DNA of 64,000 nucleotides from Ostreococcus lucimarinus (taxonomy: Eukaryota), in assembly GCA_000092065.1 (NCBI GenBank), contig CP000591.1; one strand, written 5' to 3'. The notes below the pieces were generated by a model. That model searched no databases and was not told where the DNA came from. It was given only the letters and a program-made list of their open reading frames with translations. This document shows, piece by piece, positions 47,383 through 59,100 of this stretch. Every line of letters starts with the position of its first letter. Positions within the stretch are counted from its first letter, which is position 1. The position numbers were made by a program, and so were the translations under genes.

Positions 47383-49090
47383 ATGGAATCGACGAAGATG
47401 GACGCCGAGGCGCTGCGAGAGAAGCTCGTCGCGGTGCGAGAGAAGACGCAGGAAGCGATGAAGAAGATCGAGGTGCCCAAGGTGGAAGATTTGAGAATGC
47501 TCATAGAAGACATACGACAAGAGCAAACGGAAGCGAAATATCATCCAGATCGGCGAAGACTGGAGAGCGTGGCGGATTTTTTTGCGTACACGGAGGAAGA
47601 AGGTGATTCTCGCAATCGAATCGAATCGCAACGCGCGCGCGGCGACGCGACTTTGACGCTCCCGATGACTGACTGGTGACGACGCACGAACGTTCGAATG
47701 AGCAGGAAGAAAGTTTTTCGACGAAGTGGATCGATCGAAAAAGGGCAAGCTGACGTTGGATGATTTAAAGTTTGCGATGAAGAAGAGGAATTTGCCGCAG
47801 TCGTACGCAAAGTCATTCATGGAAAAGGCAAAGGGGCCCAAGATTTTCGCGCGAACGATCACGTGGGGCGATTTTCAAAGCGTGATGAACGAGCGAGAGT
47901 CGACTATGTTGCGTACGTTTAACTCGATGTCCGCCTCGCGGAACGGGCTGTTAAAGACGTCCGACGTAAAGCAAGTGCTCGAAGGTTTAGGTTTGGCCGC
48001 CACGGACGAAAACGCACGAGCAATGGTGCGGCATTTGCGAGGAAGTTCGGAGTATTCACGACAGGGCTACGTGACGTACGGTCAGTTTCGTAACTTTTTG
48101 ATGCTCATGCCCCACGAAGTTGCGCGCGAAACTGATCCGTCGAGATTATGGTTCGAGGCGGCGACGATTGTACAGTTCAGCGCTCCGCCAAGAACTGGTA
48201 GCATAGCTATGGCGGCTCGCGCGGCGTTCGCGGGTGGCCTAGCTTCAGCGACGACGACGAGTATGATGCATCCCTTAGATACGCTGAAGACTCGCTTACA
48301 AGCCGCAGTCGGGAAAGGGCCATCGCTCTTGGATTTGATCAAGAGTGTGCCAAAACTCGGTCCTCGGAAAATGTATCAAGGTATCATTCCATCGGTGACT
48401 GGAAACTTTGCCGGGCATGGCTTACGAACGGCTACGTACGAAGTCGTTTGCTTGGCTCTCGCACCGGCAGTCGCGCTTCCGATGATAACAGAGACTACGA
48501 TTCAAGGCGTGGGATCAGGTTTGGGAACGCTATTCGGAACATGCGTGCGGATCCCTTGTGAGGTTTTGAAGCAACGTTTACAAACGGATCAGTACCCCAA
48601 TGTCTTATCCGCATTTAAGGGTATCACATCGACGAATCCGCGTGCGCTGTACGCAGGAACAGCCGCTACGCTGACTCGGGAAATTCCATTTTACGTAACT
48701 GGTCTTATGATTTACGAAAACTTGAAAAAAGGCGCAGTCGCGCTCAAGGGGGGACGCGAACTCGAAAACTATCAGGTAATCATGGTGGGCGCGTGTGCTG
48801 GTGCGCTCGGATCCGTCATGGTGAATCCATTCGACGTTATGAAGACGCGCACGATGACGGGGTCGGTGCCACTCGGACAGTCACTTTGGGTGTCGATGGC
48901 ACACATCGTCAAAACTGAAGGACCACTCGCGCTGATGAAGGGTGCCATACCTCGCATGGCCTGGATCGCACCTCTCGGTGCGATGAACTTTGCGGGCTAC
49001 GAACTTGCAAAGAAGGCGATGAACGCGCCGGAGGGAGAAAAGAAGGCAGAAAAAGAAGAGTCGATGCGCACTGCGCCTCCGGAGGAGTAG
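47383..49090 (+). CDS. Calcium-binding mitochondrial carrier (EF-hand N-domain + three MCF repeats), two exons: join(47383..47602,47706..49090)
   Basis: Exon 1 (MESTKMDAEALREKL...FFAYTEEE) ends at a GGTGAT donor. The 103-nt intron has a GATGACTGACTGG branch motif and a GAGCAG acceptor. Exon 2 begins mid-EF-hand (RKFFDEVDRSKKGKLTLDDLKFAM) and carries MCF signatures (PLDTLKTRLQ, PCEVLKQRLQ, PFDVMKTRTM). Confidence 0.7.
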
Positions 49091-49170
49091 CGATGATGAA
49101 GCATATTTATAGACCGTCGAGCGACTTTTAGACTAAACACTACGATTTTAATGTGGTTACCTAAGCTAAA

Positions 49171-50433
49171 CTAAAGTTCAATCTCATCCGGATCTGCGAC
49201 TTTCGGCGGCGGCGGCGCACGTCTGGGCGGCGCGTTTCCGAACGGTCCAGGCCGAGGGACGGCGTAATACTTCACGTCGTCGTTGTTCCCAGCCCCACTA
49301 GGAGTAGTGATTTTCAGATCAAGCTCGAGTAAATCCATTAAAGCTTTCGTCTGAGGGTTGACGTCGACATCAGCAGGTGCACGCCCTTTACGACGGGTTT
49401 CTGAGGAAGGATCATATGCCGGCCGCGTGGCGACAAACTCGGGCGGAACCGTCGCCGATGATCCAGCCGCTTGCAAACGCTCGCTCACCCATTTCTTGTG
49501 TGGCTCTAAGTCAATTGCCTCGGGAGTTCCGTAGGCTGGCAGCTGTGCCGGTCGATGCGTCACGGAATGGTACTCATGATTGGCCTTTAAAATAGCGAGC
49601 CATTCCTCGTCGAGAGCAAAACCGCCTTCGGCGCTCTTCTCTGGCAAATCAATCACTTGTAAAAAGTCTCTGTGAGGCAAGCATTTATCTAAGGCCAAGA
49701 ATTTTGTCGTTTTTTCGTCTTCGTGTTTGACTAGTGCCGCATACTTGACATGTAAATGCGCGGAGAACCAGTACTTTGGCTTCAACCTTTTCAAAAGTTC
49801 CTCCGCCGGCGGCGAGCCAAGGGTGTTGCTTTCGATCTCGTCCTTCAAAAACTTCTTCTTACGAAACAACTCGTGCTTGTTCCCAAACTGCGCGATCCCA
49901 CGCGGCCAATCGTGGCTAAGGAAGACGTCTATCTCACTCTTTACTTGCTTCAGCTTGAAGACATCAAACTCTCGAACGTGATACGCCGTCTTCACTGCGT
50001 GTCCAGAATACGGCGGTCGCTCGTGATGCCCTTTCTTGTAATCGTGCGTCTTAAAGATCCCAGATAACCCACCGATACGTAAATCACCAAAGTTTACAAC
50101 CCCTGAGTGCCCGACGTAGTAGATATTTGGTGCCACGTAGCCGCCGTAATACAGCTCCCACAAGTAATTGGACGCTTCGTGATTGCCTCCGATGAAAAGT
50201 GTCGGTATAGGCGCCGTCTTCTCACCGCTGTAGTACTTATAAAACGTCCCGAGCTCCTTGTACTTGTCCGGCACGGACATGCATTCCAAATCGTCCAAGT
50301 TTCGCACGGCTTGGAAATCGCCGCAACAAATCAGCAAATCAATTTTCACCTTCTCCACCACCTCCAAGTGCGCGATCGCGGCGTATATCGCATCGAGCTC
50401 GCCGTGACAGCACCCTTCGATCGCGATCTTCAT
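49171..50433 (-). CDS. DBR1: RNA lariat debranching enzyme DBR1
   Basis: The metallophosphoesterase core (MKIAIEGCCHGELD, CCGDFQA, GGNHEASNYLWEL, LSHDWP) and the DBR1 C-terminal domain are present. The ORF-track start is TTG, so the ATG at 50433 was used. Confidence 0.85.
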   Translation of the reverse strand: MKIAIEGCCHGELDAIYAAIAHLEVVEKVKIDLLICCGDFQAVRNLDDLECMSVPDKYKELGTFYKYYSGEKTAPIPTLFIGGNHEASNYLWELYYGGYVAPNIYYVGHSGVVNFGDLRIGGLSGIFKTHDYKKGHHERPPYSGHAVKTAYHVREFDVFKLKQVKSEIDVFLSHDWPRGIAQFGNKHELFRKKKFLKDEIESNTLGSPPAEELLKRLKPKYWFSAHLHVKYAALVKHEDEKTTKFLALDKCLPHRDFLQVIDLPEKSAEGGFALDEEWLAILKANHEYHSVTHRPAQLPAYGTPEAIDLEPHKKWVSERLQAAGSSATVPPEFVATRPAYDPSSETRRKGRAPADVDVNPQTKALMDLLELDLKITTPSGAGNNDDVKYYAVPRPGPFGNAPPRRAPPPPKVADPDEIEL

Positions 50434-50614
50434 CGCGACGTAGTGACACCGACCGATCGAGCGTTTCGACGCCGCAACACGCGCACGAGTGTGCGGGTCG
50501 TCCCCGGGTTTGCTTGGGACAAACGTGGGACAAGTAGTTTGCAACGGTCGCAGGAAGATGATTTAAATCGCGCATGTGCGTATTCTATCGCAATCACTAT
50601 TTTCTAACGTGTGT

Positions 50615-53194
50615 CTAGTTTGACTTGTTCATGATCAATCGATGGCAATGACATAAGAACTCGACGTAGCTCATGCCCGCCGGACTGCGGTCCTCGCTAA
50701 GTCGGTTGTAAAACAATGCCTCGAGCGTGTCCCCGCGTTTGAGGATGCGAGCCCGCATGAAAGCGCCGCGTTGCTTACGAATGGCGTTAATAAAACTATT
50801 CAACGCCTTCGAAGCCGGAGTGTCGAGATTCGGAATCGTCGCTCGCGTAGAGACGATGTCGTCGACGTTTTCGGTGCCAAATAAATCTCGCAACGTCTCG
50901 ACAGGAAGCTGTCGACCGATCCAGATTAAGATTTCTTGGCCATCTTCCAACAAGTACGCGCCATCTTGGTTGAGTTTCTCTGAACTTAGCCACATGCACG
51001 GAGGAATGGGCGGGAACGAAGAATCTTGAGGCAAGTCGTGGATGGAGAAGAGCCGCGGGTACACGGCGGGCGTCGCTAGCTCGGGCGGCGCGTGCAAAGC
51101 TCGGTAGAGCCATGCCGCTCGATCGTCCGGCGACGCGTCCGAGCGTAAGCCGTATGATTTGTGCAAACCCAAAGTGTAAAGCGGAAGCGTCTTCAAACCT
51201 TCGGGTAAGATGAGTTGGCCGCTGCTGTTGTTGCTTGCGCAGAATCGACGATATGCAAACAACGTCGCGATGCACTGTTGCAAAGATGCGTCTTTCGCCG
51301 AGGCGAGCGTGCCGTTCCCCGAAAGTAAGGCGTTCGCCGCTTTACGAACAGCCCAGTCGCTCTGTGCATCCAGATCTGCCGACCGAAACAGCGCACCGAG
51401 AACAGATGTAATCGGAAGAGCGATTGTGTGCACTCGAATTCGACGTTCCATCGACGTCGTTGAGTACAAGAGCGCGCACTGCACGTACGCCTCTCTACCG
51501 TCCACCAACTTATCTTCGTATCTCAGCGTCACCGCAATTGTCTTGTCGCTATCGATAGCCGGTAAATCTATGTCCGTCATCGTTCGTTTGCAGAAGAATC
51601 CATTATAATCTTGAACGCCCAGACCCGAACTCGCTCGAACGCGCATCACGGCTTCGAGTCCTTGCGGGCGGATGAAGTTCCACCTCAAGTCGTTGTGCAG
51701 TTGGGCGAAGTCTTGCTGGACGTTGAACCCTGGGTATCTGTATAACGAACCTCCGGTCAAGCGCGGTAGCACTCCGAGCGTGGCGACATCCACCGCCGAG
51801 GACACGCAGAGGAAGAGATCGATGCAAACTTGATGCTCCGCGGCGTACGTAGCCATGGTGTGATACGCCTTGTCAGCCGGCGCCATACACTTCAATGGCT
51901 CCTTTTCGATGTTCCCAGTGCGCTGCCCGGCAGTGCCCGTGCGAGCTTCGAGCTTGCCAAGGCCGACGTTCGGGATTGTCGCCATGAAAGCCATCACCTT
52001 GCCGCCCGTCGGTTTCAAACACTCAATTCCCGCCTTGATGGCCGCCGTCGACGCATTCGGACCAGGTGCGGTCGACGAGAACGTCTCCGGAATCATCTTT
52101 AGTAGACTTTCAATCGCTTCTCTATTTTTGGCCAAGGAGACGACGAGACCACTCTTCAGCGGCGCGTACGAGTCTTCCACGTCGGGAACGATGAGCATCG
52201 ACGGTTTCTCGGCTCCATCCTTGAGGTGATAGAAGTGAATCGCTGAGTCAACGGTGGCGATCCCCACCTGAGCATCTTTGGGAACGCTATCTAACGTTCG
52301 CATGATGACTTCGCACGCGCTCGTGGTGACACCGCTGTGAATGGCTTGGGACGTGACCTCGATTAAGAATAGATACGTCGGCGCCATGGGCGGTCGCACC
52401 ATGTACTCTTGCGGCGCCACGTACTCAACCGTCCCTCTACACAGCTCTTGTCGCTCCGTCCAATCCGTGCGCTTACCGTTCGCTCCTAAGTTACACATGT
52501 ACTCGTGCGGAACTTCGGTGACGAAATAGCAAAAGTTGCATTCAAATCTCAAGTGGTCCAGGAAGCGCATGTACGGGTTCATGTACGCCTTGCACCGACC
52601 GCATCGAATCGGACCCGTCTTGCCGTTATCTATCAAATGAATCGGCGCTTCCTCGGGATGCGGTAGCGCTAAAGGACGAGTCATGATGCTCAGCGGCATT
52701 CCGCTCGTCGTCAGCAAGTCTCCCGTGTTCGGTAAGCTGCTCAGCGTCGATCGCATGTATCTCGGGTTGGCGCTCCCCAAGTCGCATCCGACGTACTCCA
52801 ACGTCGCCGAAGGCGGATGCGTGGCCTGATCCATCTCGCTTCTCGTGTTATACGTCACCCTTTCCTCGTGACTCGCGTACTGCGGTCGCGGAATCTGCGA
52901 CGGATCTATCCTCGACGTCGCCCCCGTCGCGCTCGCCGCGCCCGGCATCGGCCTGTGCGGATGCGACGCCGGTACCGGCGCCGCGGGTGGCATCACTCCC
53001 ATCCCCACCGCGCCTCCTCCCGCGGGCATCATCATCGTCGGCGCCGGCGGCGCCGTCGTCGTCGCCGTCGTCGTCGCCGCCGCGCCGTCGCCGCGCCACC
53101 CGTACCCCCCGTGCTCCGTCCGATCCGTCGGAATCTGCATCTGCGGGTACGTCCGTCGCTGCGGCGCCGCGCTTCGCGCGTCTCCCGGTCCCAT
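50615..53194 (-). CDS. SEC24: COPII coat protein Sec24
   Basis: The Sec23/24 zinc finger (IRCGRCKAYMNPYMRFLDHLRFECNFC) and the trunk, beta-barrel, helical and gelsolin-like regions are present. The ORF-track start is GTG, so the ATG at 53194 (MGPGDA) was used. Confidence 0.85.
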   Translation of the reverse strand: MGPGDARSAAPQRRTYPQMQIPTDRTEHGGYGWRGDGAAATTTATTTAPPAPTMMMPAGGGAVGMGVMPPAAPVPASHPHRPMPGAASATGATSRIDPSQIPRPQYASHEERVTYNTRSEMDQATHPPSATLEYVGCDLGSANPRYMRSTLSSLPNTGDLLTTSGMPLSIMTRPLALPHPEEAPIHLIDNGKTGPIRCGRCKAYMNPYMRFLDHLRFECNFCYFVTEVPHEYMCNLGANGKRTDWTERQELCRGTVEYVAPQEYMVRPPMAPTYLFLIEVTSQAIHSGVTTSACEVIMRTLDSVPKDAQVGIATVDSAIHFYHLKDGAEKPSMLIVPDVEDSYAPLKSGLVVSLAKNREAIESLLKMIPETFSSTAPGPNASTAAIKAGIECLKPTGGKVMAFMATIPNVGLGKLEARTGTAGQRTGNIEKEPLKCMAPADKAYHTMATYAAEHQVCIDLFLCVSSAVDVATLGVLPRLTGGSLYRYPGFNVQQDFAQLHNDLRWNFIRPQGLEAVMRVRASSGLGVQDYNGFFCKRTMTDIDLPAIDSDKTIAVTLRYEDKLVDGREAYVQCALLYSTTSMERRIRVHTIALPITSVLGALFRSADLDAQSDWAVRKAANALLSGNGTLASAKDASLQQCIATLFAYRRFCASNNSSGQLILPEGLKTLPLYTLGLHKSYGLRSDASPDDRAAWLYRALHAPPELATPAVYPRLFSIHDLPQDSSFPPIPPCMWLSSEKLNQDGAYLLEDGQEILIWIGRQLPVETLRDLFGTENVDDIVSTRATIPNLDTPASKALNSFINAIRKQRGAFMRARILKRGDTLEALFYNRLSEDRSPAGMSYVEFLCHCHRLIMNKSN

Positions 53195-53447
53195 CGTCCC
53201 GTTCGTCTGCGCGCAGATTTCGGTCAGACTTCTATTCAGATTTCCGACGCGTCCCGACGCGCGTCTCCGTCTCGAATCGTTCGACCGCGATCGCGCGACG
53301 CGCGCCCTTCGTTCGCCGCCGTCGCGCGCGTCGCGCACTCGCGCGCGCGCGCGGTCGCGTCGCGCGAATCGCCAATCGCCAATCGCGCGTCGATCGTCGC
53401 GCGGTGTCCCTCAATCGACCGTTCGTGACTCAAAGCGACGATGCAGC

Positions 53448-53463
53448 GTATGCGCAAACAGTT
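53448..53463 (+). promoter_or_regulatory. Recurrent motif GTATGCGCAAACAGTT (copy 4 of 5)
   Basis: It lies in the Sec24/NCKX divergent spacer. Confidence 0.4.
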
Positions 53464-53936
53464 CGACAGTCATTTGAATGCCGTCGCGACGCGCGAATCG
53501 TTCGATTCGCGGCGCGGCGTCGGCGCCGCAGACGTCGCGCGTCGCGCGTCGCGCGTCGGCGAGCGCGCGTCGAGCGCGGGTTCGATCGAGGCGTCCATCG
53601 GCGCGCTCGCGATGGCGCGCGCGATGGGACGGCGGCGCGGGACGACGACGAAGGACGACGGCGCGATCGCGACGCGGGATTCGCGACGCGGGATTCGGGA
53701 CGGCGGGACGCGCGGCGACGCGGCGACGCGGGCGCGGCGACGGCGAAAAGCGATGCGGTGCGAACGCCGACGAGGCGACGCGAACGCGCGACGAGGCGAC
53801 GACGCGACGCGACGGGAGGGAGGGATCGGGGATTCGGGACCGAGGCGAGCGCGGGACGCGATCGCGATCGGGCGAGCGAGGGCGCGGACGAAGACTGACG
53901 GACGCGACGCGCGCGACGCGATGACGCAGAGGGCAA

Positions 53937-55517
53937 ATGGTGTGGATAACCGGGGGGGTGTTGGCGGTGGTGGTGCTGGCGGCGCTGGCGCGAGATTGGA
54001 CGCGAGGGGGAGGCGGGGCGAGCGCGGGGGCGAACGGGAGGAAACTCTTGAGCGCGAGTTCGACGTGCAAACCGACCAAGGATTGGGAATTACCGGGAGG
54101 AATATTTGCGTACTTGGTCGGGGTGATATATCTGTTCATCGGGATCGCGATCGTGTGCGATGACTTCTTCGTCGCTTCGTTGGAAAAGATTTGCGAAGCG
54201 TTGGGTTTGAGCGACGACGTCGCGGGGGCGACGTTCATGGCGGCTGGTTCGTCCGCACCCGAGCTCGCTTCGAGCGCCATGTCGTTGATTAATAGTGGTA
54301 CCGATAACGCTTTGGGCGTCGGTACCATCGTTGGAAGCGCGGTGTTTAACATTCTCGTCATCATCGGCACGACGGTGATCTTCGCGGGGCAAACTTTGAA
54401 GCTGGATTGGAAGCCTCTCGCTCGAGACTGCAGCTTTTACTTCGCCGCCATCGTCGGCATCGTCGCCACTTTCAACGGAGGCAGAGTGAATTGGTGGGAA
54501 GGACTCATTTACGTCTTTCTTTACTGCTTGTACATCGCCTTCATGTGGAAGAATGTGTACTTTATGAAACTTTTGGACGACAAATTCGGCGACTATCTCG
54601 GCCGCCCGGACGCGGCGGTGGAGATGGAAGAAGCTGCGGGCGGCGGTCTCGGTGCCCAGTCGGCGTCTAAGGCTACGACTTCTGCCATGAGTAAGGAACT
54701 GTCTTTCACGGGCTCAATCTACGTCGGCTTCGCCGCGCAGCGATTCAAGGCTGGCTTGGGGAACAAGCAGCACAGGGCAAAGGCGCTGAGTCCCGGGCAA
54801 CTTCGAGCGATTCGAAACGCTACGGAAAAGGTGACTTGGAGTCATCATCACGTGAAGCACGCTCCGACCGAAGATGGCGTGGCGAGTGAAGACGGAGATG
54901 ACGAGACGAATCCGTTCGTCATGCCGGCGGAGTGGAAGGATCGACCGATTTGGGCGCTCAGCCTCCCGTGGTACGCTTTGTTTACGATCTCGATTCCGCC
55001 GTGTCACAATCCGAAGTGGGAGAAGTGGTATTTTGGATCCTTCTTAGCGTCCATAGGTTGGATCGGAATCATTTCGCACTTCATGGTGGAGTGGTGCGCG
55101 AGAATCGGTTGCTTACTGAAGATTCCCGCCATCGTCATGGGGACGACGGTGCTCGCCGCCGGGACGTCGATTCCTGACGCGCTCTCGTCCATCTCAGTCG
55201 CGAAGGATGGCTTCGCAGACATGGCAGTCGCGAACGCGGTGGGATCAAACGTGTTTGATATTTGGCTGGGTTTGGGTCTTCCGTGGCTGTTATACCTTTC
55301 GTGGCAAAAACCGAGCTACATCACCGTGAGTACGACGGAACTCCTGCCGTCGTCGCTCATTCTCCTCGGCGTCTTGATTCTCTACGTCGGCACGGTAGCG
55401 TCGAAGGGATTCACGATAACGAGACAGATGGGTTTCATGTACATAGGCTTTTACATGTTGTACGCCTTCTATAATATCGTCCTCGTGTGGGTCGTGGATA
55501 TCTATAAGCTCGAGTAG
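53937..55517 (+). CDS. K+-dependent Na+/Ca2+ exchanger (NCKX, SLC24 family)
   Basis: There are two alpha-repeat regions (GATFMAAGSSAPELASS and GTSIPDALSSISVAKDG), about 11 TM segments and a central hydrophilic loop. Confidence 0.8.
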   Translation: MVWITGGVLAVVVLAALARDWTRGGGGASAGANGRKLLSASSTCKPTKDWELPGGIFAYLVGVIYLFIGIAIVCDDFFVASLEKICEALGLSDDVAGATFMAAGSSAPELASSAMSLINSGTDNALGVGTIVGSAVFNILVIIGTTVIFAGQTLKLDWKPLARDCSFYFAAIVGIVATFNGGRVNWWEGLIYVFLYCLYIAFMWKNVYFMKLLDDKFGDYLGRPDAAVEMEEAAGGGLGAQSASKATTSAMSKELSFTGSIYVGFAAQRFKAGLGNKQHRAKALSPGQLRAIRNATEKVTWSHHHVKHAPTEDGVASEDGDDETNPFVMPAEWKDRPIWALSLPWYALFTISIPPCHNPKWEKWYFGSFLASIGWIGIISHFMVEWCARIGCLLKIPAIVMGTTVLAAGTSIPDALSSISVAKDGFADMAVANAVGSNVFDIWLGLGLPWLLYLSWQKPSYITVSTTELLPSSLILLGVLILYVGTVASKGFTITRQMGFMYIGFYMLYAFYNIVLVWVVDIYKLE

Positions 55518-55571
55518 GACACAGTAGCAGCGATGTTTCTTTTTAATATCGAGAGAGAAACCTAAGTCGCA

Positions 55572-56807
55572 TCAATAGGGCTTGTGTCGCACGCTCGACC
55601 CTCCCTTCGCGGCTAATCGAGCAGAGATGGCTGCTGCGCGCGCCGCGGCCTCGCTCTGCGCAGCCTTGGCGTCGATGTCAACTTTCGCCGGCGCCGGCGC
55701 CAGGCTAAACGAGCGCGGGTTCAAGAGCTTGGGCGTCTTCGCCAGCTCCACCCGAAGATTCCTCCCGCCCACTTGCATGCCGTTCAAAGCGCACGCCGCG
55801 AGCGCTTCTTTGTTTGATTCAAACTCGATGAAGCAAAAGTTCTTCCCCGGTCCCCCCTCTCGACACTCCGCGATGGAGCCGCAAAACGAAAACAACTGCT
55901 TCACCTGCTCCGTGGTGAGCCCGACGGGGTAGTTGGACACGTGCGCGGTGCGTCTGAGCTCCTCCGGCACGGGCGGCGGCGGCACGTTCACCACGCCCAC
56001 CGCGTCCCCTCCGCTCGCGCCGGGCGGCGGCGGCGGCGGCGGCGGCGGCACGTCGTGCTTGAACTTGCAAATCACCCTGTCGCAGTTGCCGAGCAAAAAG
56101 TCTCGACACACCCCCGCCGGCGCCGGCTCCCCGCGCGCCAACAGAGGCACGCCGCGCGCGCGACGCTCGTTCACCAGCGGCCCGTCCAACGGCGCGCTGT
56201 AAAACACCTCAAACGGCGACCCCTCGATCTCGACCCCGTCCATCCTCACCGTCACTCGATACTCCCCTCGCTCTCGCACCGCGTACGCGCACGCGTGCTC
56301 GCCGTCGCCCTCGTCCCGTCCCTCTCCCGCCGCCACCACCTCCCCCCCTCGCCCCACGACCTCGAACGTCACCCTGTGCGCCCCATCGTTCGTTCGTTCT
56401 CCCTCACCGTCGCGCACGCTTACCGTGAACCCACTTTCCCGTCCCGCCGCGCCGCCGCCGACCCCCGCGCCTCGCGCCGTCGTCCGCCGCGGATCCGCCA
56501 CCCCTCGCGCGTACCCGCTCCCCGTCGTCGCCGGCCCGATCGCCCGCGTCGTTCCCAAAGCGTCTGGGTCCACCCCCCGCGCGCGCAGCGCCTCGCGCGC
56601 CGTCGCGTCGTCGTCGAACCGATCGAATTGTTTCGCATCGCGCACGCGCCGTCCCGTCGGCGCGAGCGTCGGCGGGACGCGATGCGCGCGCTTGAAGGTG
56701 GCCTCGAACGCGGCGCGCGCCTCGGCGTCGCGCTCGGCGGTGGCTTTCTCGGTCTCGCGAAGCGCCGCGGACTCGGAGGGGCCGACGCCGAAGCGACGAA
56801 GCGCCAT
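55572..56807 (-). CDS. RNA-binding protein with a filamin-type Ig repeat, CCCH-like zinc finger, Pro-rich linker and C-terminal RRM
   Basis: It has a filamin repeat (YRVTVRMDGVEIEGSPFEV), a C-x-C-x-H region (CRDFLLGNCDRVICKFKHD), a P10 run and an RRM (VSNYPVGLTTEQVKQLFSFCGSIAECR...FCFIEFESNKEALAA...GRNLRVELA). The ORF-track start is GTG, so the ATG at 56807 was used. Confidence 0.5.
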   Translation of the reverse strand: MALRRFGVGPSESAALRETEKATAERDAEARAAFEATFKRAHRVPPTLAPTGRRVRDAKQFDRFDDDATAREALRARGVDPDALGTTRAIGPATTGSGYARGVADPRRTTARGAGVGGGAAGRESGFTVSVRDGEGERTNDGAHRVTFEVVGRGGEVVAAGEGRDEGDGEHACAYAVRERGEYRVTVRMDGVEIEGSPFEVFYSAPLDGPLVNERRARGVPLLARGEPAPAGVCRDFLLGNCDRVICKFKHDVPPPPPPPPPGASGGDAVGVVNVPPPPVPEELRRTAHVSNYPVGLTTEQVKQLFSFCGSIAECREGGPGKNFCFIEFESNKEALAACALNGMQVGGRNLRVELAKTPKLLNPRSFSLAPAPAKVDIDAKAAQSEAAARAAAISARLAAKGGSSVRHKPY

Positions 56808-57034
56808 GGCGGCCGACAGTGGGGACGCGGACGCGCGCGCACATGTGCACACGTCGCTTTATTTGCTGACATTTTTTATATAGCGTCATTGGAGGTATTC
56901 TAGTACCTCAGCGTTCATATAAGGACGGTGCGTATACCTATTTACCAGAGAAATGGCAAAGGCCCTTTCGTCAACACGTGCGTCTTTCGCGGGACGACGG
57001 AATCATTCATGTGAGCGAGGGACGAATGCGTGCG

Positions 57035-57088
57035 TGAATGAATGAATGCATGAATGAATGAATGAATGCATGAATGCGCAATGAATGG
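57035..57088. repeat. (AATG)n / GAATGAAT microsatellite
   Basis: The run tgaatgaatgaatgcatgaatgaatgaatgaatgcatgaatg lies in the 3' UTR of the WRKY gene. Confidence 0.8.
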
Positions 57089-57163
57089 GCGCGATGCGTG
57101 CGATGACAAACTGACAAACGACGGCGCGATGGCGACGACGGCGACACAACGCGAGCGGCGACG

Positions 57164-58522
57164 TCAACCGAATAAGGAAAAGGAGCACCGCGGACGACGC
57201 GCGGGCGAAGGCGCGCCGGGCGAGGGCTCGCGCCGACCGCGAACGGTTTTGGAGAGCGACGCCAGGAGAGGGGTGCCGGTGACGATGGCCTCGAGGGGAG
57301 ATTTGAGGAGATCGCCGATGGACCAGTCGTCGCGGGGGGAGCGGCGCGCCGAGGGGTCGTCGGCGACGACGCGAAGCGCGGGGGGACGCGCGGGAAAGTC
57401 GTCGCGGCGGCGGCGGTCGAGAGATGATCTCGGCGGTGCTGAGGTGCGATCTTCCGCGGTCGGCGGATGGGGGGACGATTGGAGCAATCGAGCCTCGAGA
57501 TCGGCGTCGCCGAACGGCCACGTGGGCGAGAGAGGCGACGCGGGCATGAAGTCAAACCAATGACGCGGCGTCGGCGCGGAGCGATCGGCGACGGCTTCGC
57601 GATGGACGCGGGCGGCGTCGTCCATTCGCGTGCGCGCGTGCGCGTGAATGAGCGCGTTTTCCAGCGCCAAGGCGTCGTAATCCGAGCTCCATCGCTCGCT
57701 CGCGGTCAAGTACTCGTCAAAACACGTCAAGACGTCACCCATGGCGGCGAACGACGGGCTCAGCGGATTCACGGCGCGTCTCGGCTTCTTCGCCGCGACG
57801 GCGCTGCACGAGGATTCTCGGCGCTCGCGCGCGGACTGTCCGGATCCGCTGGACGTCGTCAGTAATCGACGACCACTTCGCGATTTTCCTGACGCCGAGC
57901 GCTTCGGTTTCGTCGTGCTCGACCGCGGTTCGAGTGGAATCTTCTTCGCTCGCGGCGGAGTCTTCGGCGTCGCTCTCCGTCGCTTGCCCGCTCGAAGATT
58001 TTCCTCCTCCTCCTCCTCCTCCGCAGACGTCGTGAAATCGCTATTCATCGTCGTCAAGTCACATTCATCTTGAACGTCCGCGCCTCGTCGCACCGTCGTC
58101 CCTCGTCGCGCGTTCGTCGCCGTGGAATCTCCGCTCGCGCGCGTCCCGAAAGATTTCGTCGACCCGGGCGCGAGCGTCTCCGCCCGACCGCCACCCCCGC
58201 TCGGTTTCGCGTGCGTGTGTTCGCCCTCGTAGCACACCACCGTCTCCATTTCTCCATCCTCACTCGCGCGTCGCAATTCCGTCTTCTTCCTCGCCGGACA
58301 CCCTCGCTCCGTGCACCGGTAATACGACCGCGGAAACGACGATCCCTTGATGTTCTTTTGCCCGTACTTGCGCCATCGGTACCCATCGGCGTGCGCGCTC
58401 GACGGCGCGTGCGCCGCGACCGTCGTCGTCGACCTCGACGTCGAGTGCGGATACGATCGTCGCGGTCGATCGCCGGCGTCGTCGTCGTAAACGCGCGTCC
58501 CGTGCGTCGTCGTCGTCGCCAT
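57164..58522 (-). CDS. WRKY-domain transcription factor
   Basis: The canonical WRKY domain is present ([37 protein letters not shown]...EGEHTHA). The ORF-track start is GTG, so the ATG at 58522 was used. Confidence 0.8.
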   Translation of the reverse strand: MATTTTHGTRVYDDDAGDRPRRSYPHSTSRSTTTVAAHAPSSAHADGYRWRKYGQKNIKGSSFPRSYYRCTERGCPARKKTELRRASEDGEMETVVCYEGEHTHAKPSGGGGRAETLAPGSTKSFGTRASGDSTATNARRGTTVRRGADVQDECDLTTMNSDFTTSAEEEEEEENLRAGKRRRATPKTPPRAKKIPLEPRSSTTKPKRSASGKSRSGRRLLTTSSGSGQSARERRESSCSAVAAKKPRRAVNPLSPSFAAMGDVLTCFDEYLTASERWSSDYDALALENALIHAHARTRMDDAARVHREAVADRSAPTPRHWFDFMPASPLSPTWPFGDADLEARLLQSSPHPPTAEDRTSAPPRSSLDRRRRDDFPARPPALRVVADDPSARRSPRDDWSIGDLLKSPLEAIVTGTPLLASLSKTVRGRREPSPGAPSPARRPRCSFSLFG

Positions 58523-58944
58523 CGTCACCGAGAAAAGTCAACCCGCGCGCCCTCGCCTCGATTCGATCGCCGTTCGTCGCGCGTCGCGCGTCGCGCGTCG
58601 CGCGTCGCTCGCGCGCGCGTCGCTCGCGCGCGTCGCGCGCGTCGATCGCTCCCGCCGTCGCCTCGCCGTCGTCCGCGCGCGTCGCTCGACGACGCGACGC
58701 TCCACCGCCGCGCGCGCGACGTTCTGTCGTCCGCCCGTCGTCGCGCGCGCGCGCGTCTCCGGGCGCCCTCGCGCGCGCCTCGCGCGCGCGCACTCACGCG
58801 CCAGCGCCGAATGTCTGTTTTTGCCCCGCCCCGCCCGATCGTCGCGCGCGCGCGATCGCCGGCGTCCCGGCGCGCGGTCTCCGGGCAGACGAATCGCCGT
58901 TCGCGCGTCCGAGTCATCCGTCCGCGGCGACGGGTCTACAGTTT

Positions 58945-58994
58945 CAGAGAGTCCCCCGACTGACGAGTCATGATTCGTCGACGGGGACTCTCTG
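58945..58994. repeat. Inverted repeat / hairpin (12-bp perfect arms CAGAGAGTCCCC...GGGGACTCTCTG with a 26-nt quasi-palindromic spacer)
   Basis: The left arm is at 58945..58956 and the right arm at 58983..58994. The spacer is centred on TCATGA. It sits in the WRKY upstream region at the left edge of a low-GC island. Confidence 0.6.
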
Positions 58995-59078
58995 AACCGG
59001 GACGTGGGATTTTTACCGTATGGGTCACGACTCCTCGTTCGGGGGTACTCGTATGAAACGCCGTAATTTTATTGATGC

Positions 59079-59100
59079 TAGGGTTTAGAAATTAGGGTTT
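59079..59100. promoter_or_regulatory. Two adjacent telo-box motifs (TAGGGTTTAG aaat TAGGGTTT); a third copy lies at 59173..59180
   Basis: They are Arabidopsis-type telomere-repeat units (TTTAGGG) lying 110-210 nt upstream of the ATG at 59291. Confidence 0.5.
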